DNA from: Octopus vulgaris
Lineage: Eukaryota
Assembly: GCA_951406725.2 (NCBI GenBank)
Contig: OX597820.1
Span: forward strand, 87,234,001-87,298,000
DNA: 64,000 nucleotides
Direction of reading: 5' to 3'
Positions within the stretch are counted from its first letter, which is position 1, and each line of letters starts with the position of its first letter. Below the pieces are notes generated by a model that saw nothing but the letters and a program-made list of their open reading frames with translations, was not told the DNA's origin and ran no database searches. This document shows positions 24,827 to 38,093 of this stretch, piece after piece. Both the position numbers and the translations under genes were made by a program.

Positions 24827-27800
24827 AGCCGACTACGGCTGCTATAATGGTACGATTATAATTGTAACGGCAATGATGGCCGTCTCCCCACGAGCCAATC
24901 AAAGCTAAAAAATGATAACATTATCGTAGCACCAAAATGTTTTTGAAAACTAAAAGGAAAACTAAATCAGTATACCAAATCGCTTGTCCTATGGTTAATC
25001 TGGAAGCGTGTCCCCCAGGGAAGAGCCAGCCTGGGATCGAAAAGTCATCAACTGGCACAAACTCTTCTCCGAATACGGATATGGATGGTCACTTGAACGG
25101 GAAATCCCCCAACTCGAGCCCTCCAAGTTCACCACCACAACCACCACAGAAAGAAAAATGTAAGCGGAACAAATGGACCCGAGAAGAGTATAAAGAAGTA
25201 ATATACGCTTATTACTATGCATTAGGTAGGCCATCTCAAGAGAGACACACCGCAAACTCTTACAGTATATGGAGAACACGGAATCAAGACAGTAGGCCCT
25301 ATTTGGACGAGAACAAATTAGCAAATGTGAGGAGGGATATCTTTAGAAATAACAGACTCACAGACAGTGAAATAAGCGCGATCAAGCACGCAACGGAAAA
25401 TGACATAAATATAAGACACAAAGGAAATGAAGAATCAGATGAACAGTATAGCCCGCCACGAGGCTTAATTGAAAGACTGCCATCTGACCAAAGTACGCAA
25501 AGGCCTGAAGATACAAGAAATTCTATTGTACCAGTTAAAGATAGCCAGGAAAACGAAAAAACAACAGTAACTGAAGATCTCGCATTTGCTGAAGAACACA
25601 GAGAGTCTATGGCAGAAATGAGGCAGAAAATCCTGAATACGCTTGAAGTTGTAAGACATACAAGTATGAATGATAGAGAACCGCTTCATAAACTCTCAAA
25701 TACAAACCAAAATAAAAAACAAATCCAAATTGGCAACTATGTAACAAATGAAATAATACGAGAATTAAAACCTGATTTTACTGAGTTAAATGAAATTATT
25801 TACGCTTCTGCTAGGGCAATTGAAACCAGCTGTATGCCCCCGAAAAAACAAAGAAAACAAAACCTGGGAAGAAATCAAACCTGGAGAAGTAAAATTGAAA
25901 AAGAGATTGAATTTATGAGAGGGGAAATATCAATATTAAATGAACTAATATGTGGAAATGATGTAAGATCCAGAACAGGAAGAAAGATGAAGAGAAAATT
26001 TGGATCCTCACCAAGAGAAGAACTGATATCAATAAAAGAAACGCTGAAACAAAAAGTCCAAGCAAAAGCCCAAAGAATACGAAGATTTGAGAAGAGAAAT
26101 AAGTTTTACAAGCAAAATAAGCTGTTCACATCCAATGCCAAAAAATTCTACAGAGAAATAGGGAAGGAGAAAGTAACCGTTAAAGACCCTCCTCCCATGG
26201 AAGAAGTTCAAAACTTTTGGAAAAGGATTTGGAGTGACAAGAAGACGTACAACATAAATGCAGACTGGATTATACAAACTGAAGGATCCTACCAAAATTT
26301 ACAACAACAAGCATGGGAAGACATCACAATAGCAGACCTAAGAAAGGCACTCACGAAGGCCCATAATTGGAAATCCCCCGGTAAAGATAGGGTGCCGAAT
26401 TTCTGGCTCGCATCCCTCCCGTGCGCACACGGTAAGCTAGTTCAGCTGCTCAATGGAATTATGAGAGACCCAAAGAAAACACCTGAATGGTTAGCAAGTG
26501 GCATTACTTACCTACTCCCAAAGAATAACGAAACCAACCTTCCAAAAAACTATCGGCCTATAACCTGTCTATCCACCACGTATAAAATCCTAACATCTAT
26601 CCTGGCGGAGAAAACATATGCATTCATGGAGAAGAACGATATTTTCCCCATTGAACAAAAAGGGTGCCGCCGAGGCTCTTACGGATGCAAAGATCAACTG
26701 CTAATCAATCGTATGATCCTTGAGAACTGTCACAACAAGCGCAGAAATCTCAGCACCGCATGGATTGACTATAAAAAGGCCTTCGACAGTATACCGCATC
26801 CATGGATCTTGAGATCGCTGGACATCTTTAAAATTTCCCCTGTGATTTCAAACTTCCTGAAGCACAATATGTCGTTGTGGAATACGAATCTCCAATTATA
26901 CCACTCTAATGGAGTACTTGCCTCAGAAAATATAAACATCAACTGTGGAATTTTTCAAGGTGACTCACTTTCACCTTTAATATTCTGCATAGCCCTAATA
27001 CCCCTTACAAGTGAATTAAACAGAACAGGGTATGGGTATAAAATTGCCAATAAAAAAATAAGCCATCTATTTCATATGGATGACTTAAAACTTTATGGTA
27101 AAGACAATAATGAACTTGAAGGCCTATTGCGCACCGTGAAAGCATTCAGCGATGACATCGGGATGGAGTTTGGACTTGAGAAGTGTGCCAAGGCCACTTT
27201 CCAGAAAGGGAAAGTGAAGACCACAAATTCAGTCGTGTTAGATGTTGACACAGTCATAAGAGAGCTTGATCAAGAACAAACATACAAATATTTAGGGATA
27301 AATGAAGGCTCTGGTATTCAGCATGCAAGCATGAAAGAGAAAATCAGGAAGGAATGTTATAGGAGAGTTCGTGCAGTCCTGAAATCTGAACTAAATGCAC
27401 GTAACAAGGTGTTAGCTATAAATTCCTTAGCAGTTCCAGTTGTTACTTATAGCTACAATGTGTTGAACTGGAATATGAGTGAAGTAAAGAATATAGATAG
27501 AAAAATACGCAAGCTGCTCAGTTGTAATAGGATGCACCACCCAAAGGCAGACGTAGATCGCCTTTACCTTCCCAGAGCCCAAGGAGGTCGAGGCCTGATC
27601 CAATTTGAACTAGCTTACAAAACAACCACAATTGGACTGGCCAAATATCTCGAAATATCGAATGACTGGATGCTAAAGCTCGTGGAAAATCACGAGAGAC
27701 GAAAGAAGCTTCATTCTATCATAAAGGAAAGCAAAACATTTGCTATTGATCTCGTGCAGGATACCCAAACTGAACAACCCGAGGGAAGTACGGCAACTAT

Positions 27801-28806
27801 TGTTGCAAAGAAGGTGAAAATGATGGCAATGAAAAAAGCGCACGAGCAATTGGCTGATAGGTGGGAGGAGAAACCTCTGCACGGCAAATATGTGACCCGC
27901 AGCAAACAAGCTGATGTTGACCAGAAGCAAACCCATCAGTGGCTGCGGAGCTCAGGGCTAAAAGCAGAGAGCGAAGGTTTCATCCTGGCTGCCCAAGACC
28001 AAAGCCTATTAACACGGAACTACCAGGCCAATGTGATGAAAAATGGAGCAGACCCAAAATGCCGATTCTGCAACGACATGATTGAAACAGTGGACCACCT
28101 AATCTCTGGATGTAAAGTCTTAGCACCAGTGGAGTATAAATTAAGACATGACAGAGTTGGCCAATATCTCCACTGGCTAATAAGTCGGCATTACAATATC
28201 AAAACTGCCGACAAGTGGTATAATCACCACCCTGAGGCTGTAACTGAAGGAGAAAATGTAACCATTCTGTGGGACTTTCCAGTACATACAGACCGAACCA
28301 TCAAGGCCAATAAACCAGATATTGTTGTGAAAGACCAAAACAATAAATTTTGCTTATTGATCGACATGAGCATCCCCTGTGATCATAATATCTCAGCGAA
28401 AGAGTTTGACAAGCTCAGAAAATATAAAGACCTACTCATTGAAATTGAGAAAATGTGGCATCTCAAGGCGGTTACAATACCAGTGATCGTAGGAGCACTA
28501 GGAATGATCAAGAAGGGAACCGAAAATTATATGAGAATGATCCCTGGCTTACCATCCCTGCAAGAAGTGCAAAAGATTGTCTTAACTGGTACATCACACG
28601 TATTGAGAAGAGCATTGTCGATGTGAGAACTGTTGCTGCTCATGTATTTTAATTTAACTTTAAAAAATAAAAAATAAAAAATGAACGAACTACTGAGTTT
28701 GGTTTAATGGCCTACCAATATACACTATGAGTTTCTTTGCCCTAGGAGTCGGGAAGACACTCGGCAAGAAATGGAAGAAAATTTGAAAGAAGAAAAAAAA
28801 AAAAAA
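24827..28806 (+). mobile_element. Apparently full-length R4/Dong-clade non-LTR retrotransposon in a TAA-rich microsatellite
   Basis: 5' junction after aataataa; 3' UTR ends in poly(A) at ~28793-28806 followed by (TAA)n; a single long ORF. Confidence 0.85.
24937..28626 (+). CDS. R4/Dong-type polyprotein: N-terminal Myb-like region, reverse transcriptase, CCHC knuckle, restriction-like endonuclease
   Basis: WKSPGKD, YRPITCL, WIDYKKAFDS, GIFQGDSLSP and HLFHMDDLKLY; CRFC-X8-H-X4-C; RHD; KPDIVV...LIDMSIP...K..KY (PD-(D/E)xK); uninterrupted 1229 aa. Confidence 0.95.
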   Translation: MFLKTKRKTKSVYQIACPMVNLEACPPGKSQPGIEKSSTGTNSSPNTDMDGHLNGKSPNSSPPSSPPQPPQKEKCKRNKWTREEYKEVIYAYYYALGRPSQERHTANSYSIWRTRNQDSRPYLDENKLANVRRDIFRNNRLTDSEISAIKHATENDINIRHKGNEESDEQYSPPRGLIERLPSDQSTQRPEDTRNSIVPVKDSQENEKTTVTEDLAFAEEHRESMAEMRQKILNTLEVVRHTSMNDREPLHKLSNTNQNKKQIQIGNYVTNEIIRELKPDFTELNEIIYASARAIETSCMPPKKQRKQNLGRNQTWRSKIEKEIEFMRGEISILNELICGNDVRSRTGRKMKRKFGSSPREELISIKETLKQKVQAKAQRIRRFEKRNKFYKQNKLFTSNAKKFYREIGKEKVTVKDPPPMEEVQNFWKRIWSDKKTYNINADWIIQTEGSYQNLQQQAWEDITIADLRKALTKAHNWKSPGKDRVPNFWLASLPCAHGKLVQLLNGIMRDPKKTPEWLASGITYLLPKNNETNLPKNYRPITCLSTTYKILTSILAEKTYAFMEKNDIFPIEQKGCRRGSYGCKDQLLINRMILENCHNKRRNLSTAWIDYKKAFDSIPHPWILRSLDIFKISPVISNFLKHNMSLWNTNLQLYHSNGVLASENININCGIFQGDSLSPLIFCIALIPLTSELNRTGYGYKIANKKISHLFHMDDLKLYGKDNNELEGLLRTVKAFSDDIGMEFGLEKCAKATFQKGKVKTTNSVVLDVDTVIRELDQEQTYKYLGINEGSGIQHASMKEKIRKECYRRVRAVLKSELNARNKVLAINSLAVPVVTYSYNVLNWNMSEVKNIDRKIRKLLSCNRMHHPKADVDRLYLPRAQGGRGLIQFELAYKTTTIGLAKYLEISNDWMLKLVENHERRKKLHSIIKESKTFAIDLVQDTQTEQPEGSTATIVAKKVKMMAMKKAHEQLADRWEEKPLHGKYVTRSKQADVDQKQTHQWLRSSGLKAESEGFILAAQDQSLLTRNYQANVMKNGADPKCRFCNDMIETVDHLISGCKVLAPVEYKLRHDRVGQYLHWLISRHYNIKTADKWYNHHPEAVTEGENVTILWDFPVHTDRTIKANKPDIVVKDQNNKFCLLIDMSIPCDHNISAKEFDKLRKYKDLLIEIEKMWHLKAVTIPVIVGALGMIKKGTENYMRMIPGLPSLQEVQKIVLTGTSHVLRRALSM

Positions 28807-28829
28807 GTAATAATAATAATAATAATAAA

Positions 28830-28971
28830 AGTTTCAAATTTTAGTACAAGGCCAGAAATTTATGGAAGAGGGGGCATGTCAATTACATCGATTCCAGTGC
28901 TCAACTGGTACTTATTTTTATCGACTCCGAAAGGTAGGAAAGGCAAATTATTATTATTATCAATGTTGTTA

Positions 28972-29038
<67 letters not shown>

Positions 29039-29068
29039 CATTATTATTAATGTTGTTGTTATTATTAA

Positions 29069-29140
<72 letters not shown>

Positions 29141-29158
29141 TGTTGTTATTATTATTAA

Positions 29159-29203
<45 letters not shown>

Positions 29204-29205
29204 TG

Positions 29206-29275
<70 letters not shown>

Positions 29276-29467
29276 GGCAGTGCGCTGGACGAAATGCTTA
29301 GCGGGATTTCGCCCGTCGCTACGTTCTGAGTTCAGATTCCGCCGAGGTCGACTTTGCCTTTCATTGTTTTCAGGACAATAAATTAAGTGCCAATGAAACA
29401 CTGGGATCGATGTAATCGAATAATCCCCTCCCACCCAATTGCAGGCCTTGTGCCTATAGTAGAAATG

Positions 29468-29540
<73 letters not shown>

Positions 29541-29909
29541 GGCGAAATGCTTAGCCACATTTCGTTCGCCTTTGCGTTCTGAGTTCAAATACCGCCGAGC
29601 TTGACTTTCATTCTTTCAGAGTCGATAAAATAAGTACCGGTTGACCACTGGGGTCGATGTCGTCGATTAAACCCTACCACGAAATTTCAGACCTTGAGCC
29701 CATAGAAGAAAGGATTATCATTACTACTGGGCGAAACGTTTAGCAGCATGTTGTCAGTCATTACGTTCTGAGTTCAATTTCCGCAGAAGTCGACTTTGCT
29801 TTTCATTCTTTGGGTGTCGATAAGATAAGTATCTGTTGAGCACTGGGGTCGATAAAATCGATTTACTCACTCCCACGAAATTTCAGGTCTTGAGCCTATA
29901 ACAGAAAGG

Positions 29910-29910
<1 letters not shown>
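28830..29910. mobile_element. Cluster of four SINE family A copies (one minus at 28830-28945; three plus at 29275, 29540 and 29728) within (TAT)n arrays
   Basis: Recurring gagttcaaa...gtcgactttgc..ttcat...gtcgataaaataagtacc motif separated by ATT repeats. Confidence 0.8.
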
Positions 29911-29969
<59 letters not shown>

Positions 29970-30569
29970 GTTATTATTATTTCAACTGTATTTAAAACGT
30001 TCCATTTGTTCAAAGACCAATTCCCAGTAGTTTCTCGCTATTCTTTCCTCAATAATTATTTGTTTTTCTTATTTATTACTTTCATCAAATCGACTTATCC
30101 ACTTGGATGTATTCATGATACCTCGTTACGAAAATGGTAAATATATTGAAATTAGCGCCGAAATGATAATTTCTTTAGACAATTCAAACAATACAATCAA
30201 AAGTTTACCATAAATCATGAGCTTTTCAGAATTTTAGTTCGAATTCTTCAGTTCTTTTCCAATTAAGGATCTGATAAAAACTAATTCATTCAAACGCGAG
30301 GTTGATGAAAAGATCTCAAGAAGTTTTCTTATATTCGACGTATTCAGATGCAACACAATTCAACACAATAGATTACAAACACAATAGCAAAAACTCTTCC
30401 ATTCTTTCCTACGCATATGTGCATGCATGGAAATTTGTATCCATGTATCTATGTGTGTATGCATGTATGTATATATGAGTGTGTGTGTGTGTGTATGCGT
30501 GTGCGTATATGTGTTATATATATATGTGTGTTATATATTTATATATATATATATATATATATATTTATG

Positions 30570-30633
<64 letters not shown>

Positions 30634-30648
30634 CATGTGTGTGTGGAC

Positions 30649-30697
<49 letters not shown>

Positions 30698-31304
30698 GAT
30701 TGATAAAAGGTAGGTAGGTGGATACCTGCATGTGTGCATATGTGTGTGTGAGTGTGTGTGTGTGTATGCATGCATGCATGCGTGCATATGCATACACTGA
30801 TGTGTGAGATAAGGACAAAACTTCATGTGATGAATTTAAATAATGTTAGCAAAACCGAAAACTATTCAATCTTATTTAAAATTTATAATTCAAGCGTAAT
30901 TTGCGTTCATTAACAAATATATTTTATTTGTTTTTGGAGAGATGGCGTAGCTATATTTATACGTTTCGATCTTCGATTCTCTTGAGGATAGCTAAAAAGA
31001 AATGAATTCTGATGGAGTGTTATACAGAATGAGTTCCATCCTTTTACGATCTAAGTTCAAATTCTTCTTTGTTGAAAGGATCGAGTACAATTTTGACGAT
31101 CTCGCGTTTTCAAAAATTAATGATAGGATTGGCATTGCTAACCATTATTGGTTGTACCTGATTGGTGAGTTTAAAGTGGTTGATTTCCAAATCCCTGCAT
31201 CAAAAATGTATTCGGCAAAAAAGTAGGTGTTTAGTCATAATCTTTGAAATAGAGTGAACACTGCAAAGTCAGCAAAATACCAAATAGTTGTGTTGTGAGA
31301 GCTA

Positions 31305-31410
31305 CGAGGGGTGTATGTAAAGTTTTGAGCCTTGAAGTCTGATACCTTCATCAGAAGTCTTGTCCCATGTTTTGTTTTCTTGAGGCTCAAGACTTTTCAT
31401 ACACCACTCG
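31305..31410. mobile_element. Miniature Tc1/mariner MITE
   Basis: TA-cgaggggtgtatgtaaagttttgagcct ... aggctcaagacttttcatacaccactcg-TA. Confidence 0.8.
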
Positions 31411-31621
31411 TATTGTCAGGTGCTTATCACAGACCAGCTAATAGGTTGATAATTTATTACTGGAGATGAGTACAAAAGTATTATTAACAAACTTTGGAGG
31501 CGTCGAATGTGTTTGGTCTTTGAAAGACAAGAAAGTAAATTTCGAACGCAGTATAGCTGCGAAGACAGCAGACAAATTGGCTATTTTACGCTAAGACAGA
31601 AAAAAAAAGTTGCAAGCAAAT

Positions 31622-31685
31622 GGCTACGGGACTCGAACACATACCATTCAGATACTGGCTGAGTATTCTACCACTAAGCTAAGTG
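31622..31685 (-). mobile_element. tRNA-like SINE head
   Basis: Minus strand tagcttagtggtagaa (A box) ... gttcgagtcccg (B box); no intact cloverleaf. Confidence 0.5.
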
Positions 31686-32816
31686 CTTCGGAAAAAGCGA
31701 GATGCTTGTTTAGCATATGATAAAAGTCTCTGGTCTCTAAATCTACATCTTCTTTGTCATCTTCCTCTACTGCTCTTCATACGTTCGAACTCTACACTTC
31801 ATTATTGATGTTTCGATTACTTTCCCCAATCTTTCTTTGCCATACATGTTTACCACTGGACTGTTTTCTTCGTCTAATTCATTTGTTTATTTTAATTAAG
31901 AGCTAAGACCCCATCAGACAGTTACCCTTTGGAAGATAGTCATTTCTAGTTGTCTGTAGCAGAGCGAAATGTTATGCTCCTATTTGCTGTTTCAAAATTA
32001 TTTGTGAAGTACGATACACTTCGAGATTAAAATAATAATGTTTATAAAGTAGGAAAAATTATTTACAGCACACATTTTGAAAGCACTAATTGGCAGACTC
32101 CCTATGGCGTGATTACTAATTCATGTTCATTTAAGAATACGAGATTCAAATCCTATCGGTTGACCTGTTCCATCATTCTTTTTCAAACGGGTTTGTTCTT
32201 TCATTTACGAAATAAGGCGGCGAATCGTCACATGAGTCGCTAGAGCGTTGATTAGGACACTTTGTGGTACTTGTGCTGACTCACTGCGCTCTGAATTCAA
32301 ATCTCGGTGAGGTCACCAATGCCTTTCATTCTTGGCAGATAAAAAAAACGTATGAACCTAGGGCAGTGCATACGTTATCTGTTCCGGTTTTACTTCTTGA
32401 TAGCAACATTTGAGACGACACTTGTGTCAAGTTGTACAGATCCACTTTAGCGGTCTTTCCCCGTGATAAATATGGGCAACATGGAGAGAAGGGACTTCTA
32501 TTCACGAGTAACTACTTGGCCTGCACGCCTACATGTGCAGATGAATGGTCACCTTTCGCCGCCGGAGGCCCCTGAATATCAAATCTACTGACATCAAGTA
32601 CGGTCGGACATATTTCCTGTCAATAGTTTCAGGAATGCGTTTATGAGTTTCTGGACAATTAATATCAATTTTCGGTTTTATGTATGACTAGCCTAGGTAA
32701 TAAGAAACAGTTCTTAATTCGAATACTGGAATAGGATATTCAGATGATGATAGATCAAACTGGAAAAAAGAAACGAAATTGTTTCAATATTGTAAATATA
32801 CATATTAAACAGTAAT

Positions 32817-32865
<49 letters not shown>

Positions 32866-33045
32866 TAATAATATCTTTATTGCTAACCATACTTTCATAA
32901 ACAACACATACATAGGATGATAAATATGCGAGATGGATAACACAACGTTATATGAAACGGGAAAGGATAAAGACATTACATATATCTTTCAGAAAAAAAC
33001 ATACACACATACATACATACATACATACATACATACATACATACA

Positions 33046-33078
<33 letters not shown>

Positions 33079-34391
33079 GTATGTGTGATTGTATGTATGT
33101 ATGTATGTATGTATATATGTATGTATGTAAGTATGCATGTATGTATGCATGCATGCATGTATGTGGAAATTTTAAGTATTTCATGCGAATTAAATTGACT
33201 GAAAAACAATAATTATAAATATATACAAATTAAAGAACTAGAAATCATGTAGTAAGCTACTTACACACGTGAAAGTTCAAGTCACTCTCGTAGTGAAACT
33301 GGGTGCCCCCAAAGACACTAGTAACCATGCTTGTGTTTGATATTGTAAAACGCATTCAATATTTTCTGATAAAGCAAGTTTGGTGGCTTGTAAACCAATG
33401 CTGTGCAGCAACTTTGTTTCATTTGCCTGTTTCTTGAAATCATTCGATAATTATTCTTCTTCATACATCACACCGTTATATATTTTTTTATGTTTCAGAG
33501 TTTGAATCATTCCACTGATGGTCATATTGCACGATTGTATGACCGTGAAACTCCTATGAGGTCTCAAGTCCTCCTCATATATTTTACATGCCAGCTTTCG
33601 CTCAAGAGTTATCTTCCCGTCCCTACTTTTTCTTCTTTCTCACAGCGACACTTTGCCATTTCACTTAGCTTTTTCATTTTCTCATCAAAAGGAAAAAGTG
33701 GAACTACTGTGAGGAGAGGATTCTTTCAGTTTCATTAGCTCCTAGTCCTGTGGACGAAGAAAGCTCACCATCAGCTGTCATTATGCTTCAAGAGGGAAAA
33801 CGGAGCAGGAGCCAACGTCTCCGGTAATTTTATAAATACAAAGTCGTTTTCAGTTTCTTATCTATATTTTCATATTCTAATTATCACCATCACTCAAAAA
33901 TAATTTTGTTATATATTTTTACTTTTTTCTTTTTTTATAAATACAGTGAGCACCTCAAATGTCCCCTTGTCTCTTTTACGTTTATTTTCTTGTGTCCCCG
34001 GAATCTGATAATTTGATTGGTTAATAGAAATGTGCATCGTATACCTAGAATATTTAGAAAAATCCAACAAGAAGTAATCGTATTCCACCCGACGAAGCGC
34101 CCATGCACGGCTGTTGCTGAAAAATATTTAACTGTACAATGATTATAAAGAATGAGTTTCTACAATGGTAGAGGAATATAAACTCAGCAACTTAAAGCTG
34201 CCGTGCGGTGTAGAAACAAATGTTGTGATCTATTAAAACCTGATATCCTCCATCCTCGTGTTACATTATTCTTGTATTAACCTTATGTAAATAGGTGTTT
34301 CGCGTGTATATCCAGCCCTGGAATATGCCCTATCGTAGGATAATATGTGGTGGCCAATAACCACATATGACCTCTTAATTGCACGTTATAC

Positions 34392-34427
<36 letters not shown>

Positions 34428-34718
34428 ACGGAGCAAATGATTCACGAGAAATAATAATTCGCGAAAACATAATTTGCAAAGATATCATTGACTCTGTTAT
34501 TATCTAGTGTAACTATTTAAAATTGATAATAACAGAATCAATAACGTAGGCAATTGCAGGTCCCCCAAAAAGCATTAAATAACTGAAGGATTAAAATTAA
34601 TCAAAGGACATACTAAATATGTCTACCTGCTGGAATTAACTGTCAAAACTCTTATCGAAATCGCCAAAATACAATAATAATAACTACAAAAATCAGCATA
34701 CATGCATATGTATGTATG

Positions 34719-34752
<34 letters not shown>

Positions 34753-34889
34753 TGTATGTATGTATGTATGTATGAGTATGCGTTTAAAGATTGTATTCGT
34801 TGATACGAATAATATCGGTGTACCTAAAACATTAGTAGATATATTAACGTTGAATATTTATTACAATATAGTACCTTCGTGGTAATACT

Positions 34890-35260
34890 TTAAAGCGCTG
34901 GGTATCATAGTGCAAATAGTTTCTGTACTAAATAAAACTTATAATAACTAGCAAATCTACCCATCAACGATGACAGCATAGGATGAGGGAGGGAAGTCAT
35001 AACAGCTGTATGTATTGAGAAATGTCTAAATAGACTTGATAGATTACTGGGTGATGCCTTAGAGAAATCACATTATTGTTGGTGATATAGCATTCCATTG
35101 CAACTATATGACGTGTTTGCAACTAAGTGACATGCGAGGACAATTCACTCCCGAACTGAAATAGACTCCCAGCTTCTGTACCATGAATGATTATGTGAGC
35201 CAGTCTTAACGAAAGCCAGAGCTTCCTTCGAACACTACATAAAAAGTATTAAGAAAAACG
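34890..35260 (+). pseudogene. Possible Helitron PIF1-helicase remnant
   Basis: Fragmentary (W)DE, LDRLLGD and IVGD motifs in the expected order; very degraded. Confidence 0.3.
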
Positions 35261-35799
35261 TTATTTAGATATACTTTTATTTTAGTTGCTTACATTATTT
35301 TACGCTTGTTTATACTCTTATACTTTCAAAGTTCACAAATTTATTTATTTAAATTATGAATCATATTTCTTTCGATAATATCAATATGATTACAAAACTT
35401 CTTTGTAGACGATATTTTCTGTTTTGTGGACACTTATTTTTCAAATTACTGGAGCCCGTTCCTCTACTCATAGCGGGTCAAAATACACCTACACGATCTA
35501 AAGTCTGGCCCTGTGCCTTCTTTGCTGTGAATGAGCGAACGGAATCTTTAAGGTCGCAAAAAATCAAACTAAGACTTACCTCTCACTGTTCTATGCGAAT
35601 AATGTCTGGATGTTCTCCTACCATGGGTTATTTTGATTGGCAAAACTGAGATGTAAATAACAGCCGTCTAGATTAACCGTTTCGAATTCTGCTCGAGACT
35701 GACACACTAAATAACAACTAAATAACCGCAAACACTATATACTGACACACCACACTTTTTCCATTTTATTTTCGTTATTAACCGCCCTCGTGACCCCCT

Positions 35800-36410
35800 T
35801 CGTATCTACGATGGGGCCACGAACTATATGACGAAAATCCAGAGTTACTCGTGGTCGGTGAATTTGTAATAAAAGTGTGAAGGTGTTTTATTAATTCAAA
35901 AATTGATATCCACGAAATAATCATAATTTCTGATTTTTTAATACTATAAACCTTCCTCAAGACCGTCTTTGTAATCTCGAAATACATTGTAACCATTGGT
36001 CCAGCCGTCTGACCGTGAAGAGGGAACAGACAAAAAGGTAGACGAACATAACGTCCATTATAGTAAGACAGCAAAATCTGCCCATCTACGATGGGAAATA
36101 TAGGGATAGTATCCCAAATTTAAACGCTCTAAATTCACGAACTATACAGTGGGAGGAATCCAGGGTTAATCCTCGTCGCCGGAATTTTAACAAAAAGCCA
36201 AAGGTCATTTATTAATGCAAAACTCAATATCCATTAATAATCATACTTTTTCACATTTTTTTTTTCGCTAAAAACCTTCCTGTTAACCTCCTTTGTAACG
36301 CCGAAAAACATCGTGACCATTGGTCCAGCCGTTTGACCGTGAAGAGGGAACAGACAGGCAGACGGATAGACGAACAGAGGAGACGGACATAACGCCCATT
36401 ATAGTATGGT
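35800..36410 (+). mobile_element. Two tandem copies of a HINE/DINE-like (Helentron-associated) non-autonomous repeat
   Basis: 35800-36070 is similar to 36085-36410: ccattggtccagccgt.tgaccgtgaagagggaacagac...cataacg.ccattatagta with a CAGA-like tract. Confidence 0.5.
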
Positions 36411-37023
36411 AATGATAAAAATATGGAAGAAAATATTACTAACATCAACATTAAAATATTTTTGAAAAATGTGTACGAAATATACTTTGACACACATGCG
36501 TCTACGCACATGCTAACGAGCATGCACACATATGCACACTTATGATGTGTAATTAATGATATCTCGCAAACATATTGTATTTCCGTGAGCTAACTGTATG
36601 CTTAAATCACATGACACTGTCATATGCAGGTGTATGCGTATTTGTTACTCACACATTCGTATATAAGTATATATTTTTGCATGTGTGTGTCTTCGTATGT
36701 GGTTATATGCCTATATGATATATATACTTTATATTATACATGCGTAAAAATATGCACACAAATATAAGAACATATATATTGATATATACACCTACATATA
36801 AGCAATATGTGCGTGTATGTGTGTGCGTGCGTAAACATGTCCAATATACGACATAATAGTATCTTAGCGAATATTTAGAAGACATATATAGCTAACACAC
36901 AGTCATATATAAAGATACGTACATTACTTCCATATATACACACTTGCATATGACATGCATATGTATATGTATGTATGTGTGCATGTACATATATGTATAT
37001 ACATGTATATACATGTATATATA

Positions 37024-37082
<59 letters not shown>

Positions 37083-38059
37083 ATATATATATATATGTAC
37101 ATATATATATGTACATGCATGCATACATACATACATATACACGCAGATATACATATATGGTGCATATTTTAATATTTGTCCAAAGGCTACATTAGTTTGT
37201 ATATAGTTCATTTGTTTGCTGTGCATTTCAATTCTATTTCGCGTGTTTTTAACGTAGTGATATGAATTGAATATTATTATATAAAACTGCTGATTACAAA
37301 TGTCAATTTTAAAAGTATGTAGGGGACTGCAAAATGTAAGGGGAAAATGGATCAAATTGCTTCGTGGTATATTTCAAGTTCAAAGAGTTCGATGGACTAG
37401 AACATAAGATACCCTAAAGAGTATAACAAGAAAAGTTCAGAATATGATGTAAAATGCCAATGAAGAGAATCTACCGAATAGAAGCAATGAGAACTAGAGA
37501 AAGAATTGAATATAGTAATCAGCGATGGGTTTTTGAAATATCTGTAGTAATTGCTTTGCAGATGAACGTAAAAGTTTAGAAAGAAACATGGGACATTGTC
37601 AGATATAGATTCACATTGTTAATGCAAAAATTACAGGCATAAACACAATCACGCACATATATATACGCATGTGTCTATTGGTTTGCAAATCTGTGAGTGT
37701 GTGTTTGTCTTCCTCATGTGCAAGAAAAGAATGATGTAGATTAGACTCAATACACGTCTCACACAGTGGGTTAGTGAGCACTTTTAAGTTTTTTCACTAC
37801 AAAGTAAACCAATATAATACACACCCACCCACACATTCATACGCGCACATACACACACACACACACACACGCATACGGGCGCATACGAATACATATATAT
37901 ATATATTGAACGTTCTGCTATGTTTACAGAAGAAGTGCGTTCGTGTTCCACGAGAATCCTTCGATATTTTGTAACCAAAAGGTTTTTTAAACCAATATTT
38001 ACACACTGACATTTTATAGCTTTATTTCCTTCGAGTTTTGCCGTTCAAATTAAGAATTT

Positions 38060-38093
<34 letters not shown>

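Noticed and set aside
24860-24915. HDV-like or twister ribozyme in the R4/Dong 5' UTR
   Set aside because: ctccccacgag and gctaa are suggestive, but I could not assemble P1/P1.1/P2 or the twister pseudoknots. Kept only as a structured leader.
31622-31685. tRNA genes (this site and the SINE heads)
   Set aside because: A and B boxes are present, but there is no complete cloverleaf or acceptor stem, and they continue into repeat bodies.
33490-33830. Possible host exon (ttttcag acceptor, ccg|gtaatt donor)
   Set aside because: There is no open frame across the interval and no recognisable protein similarity.
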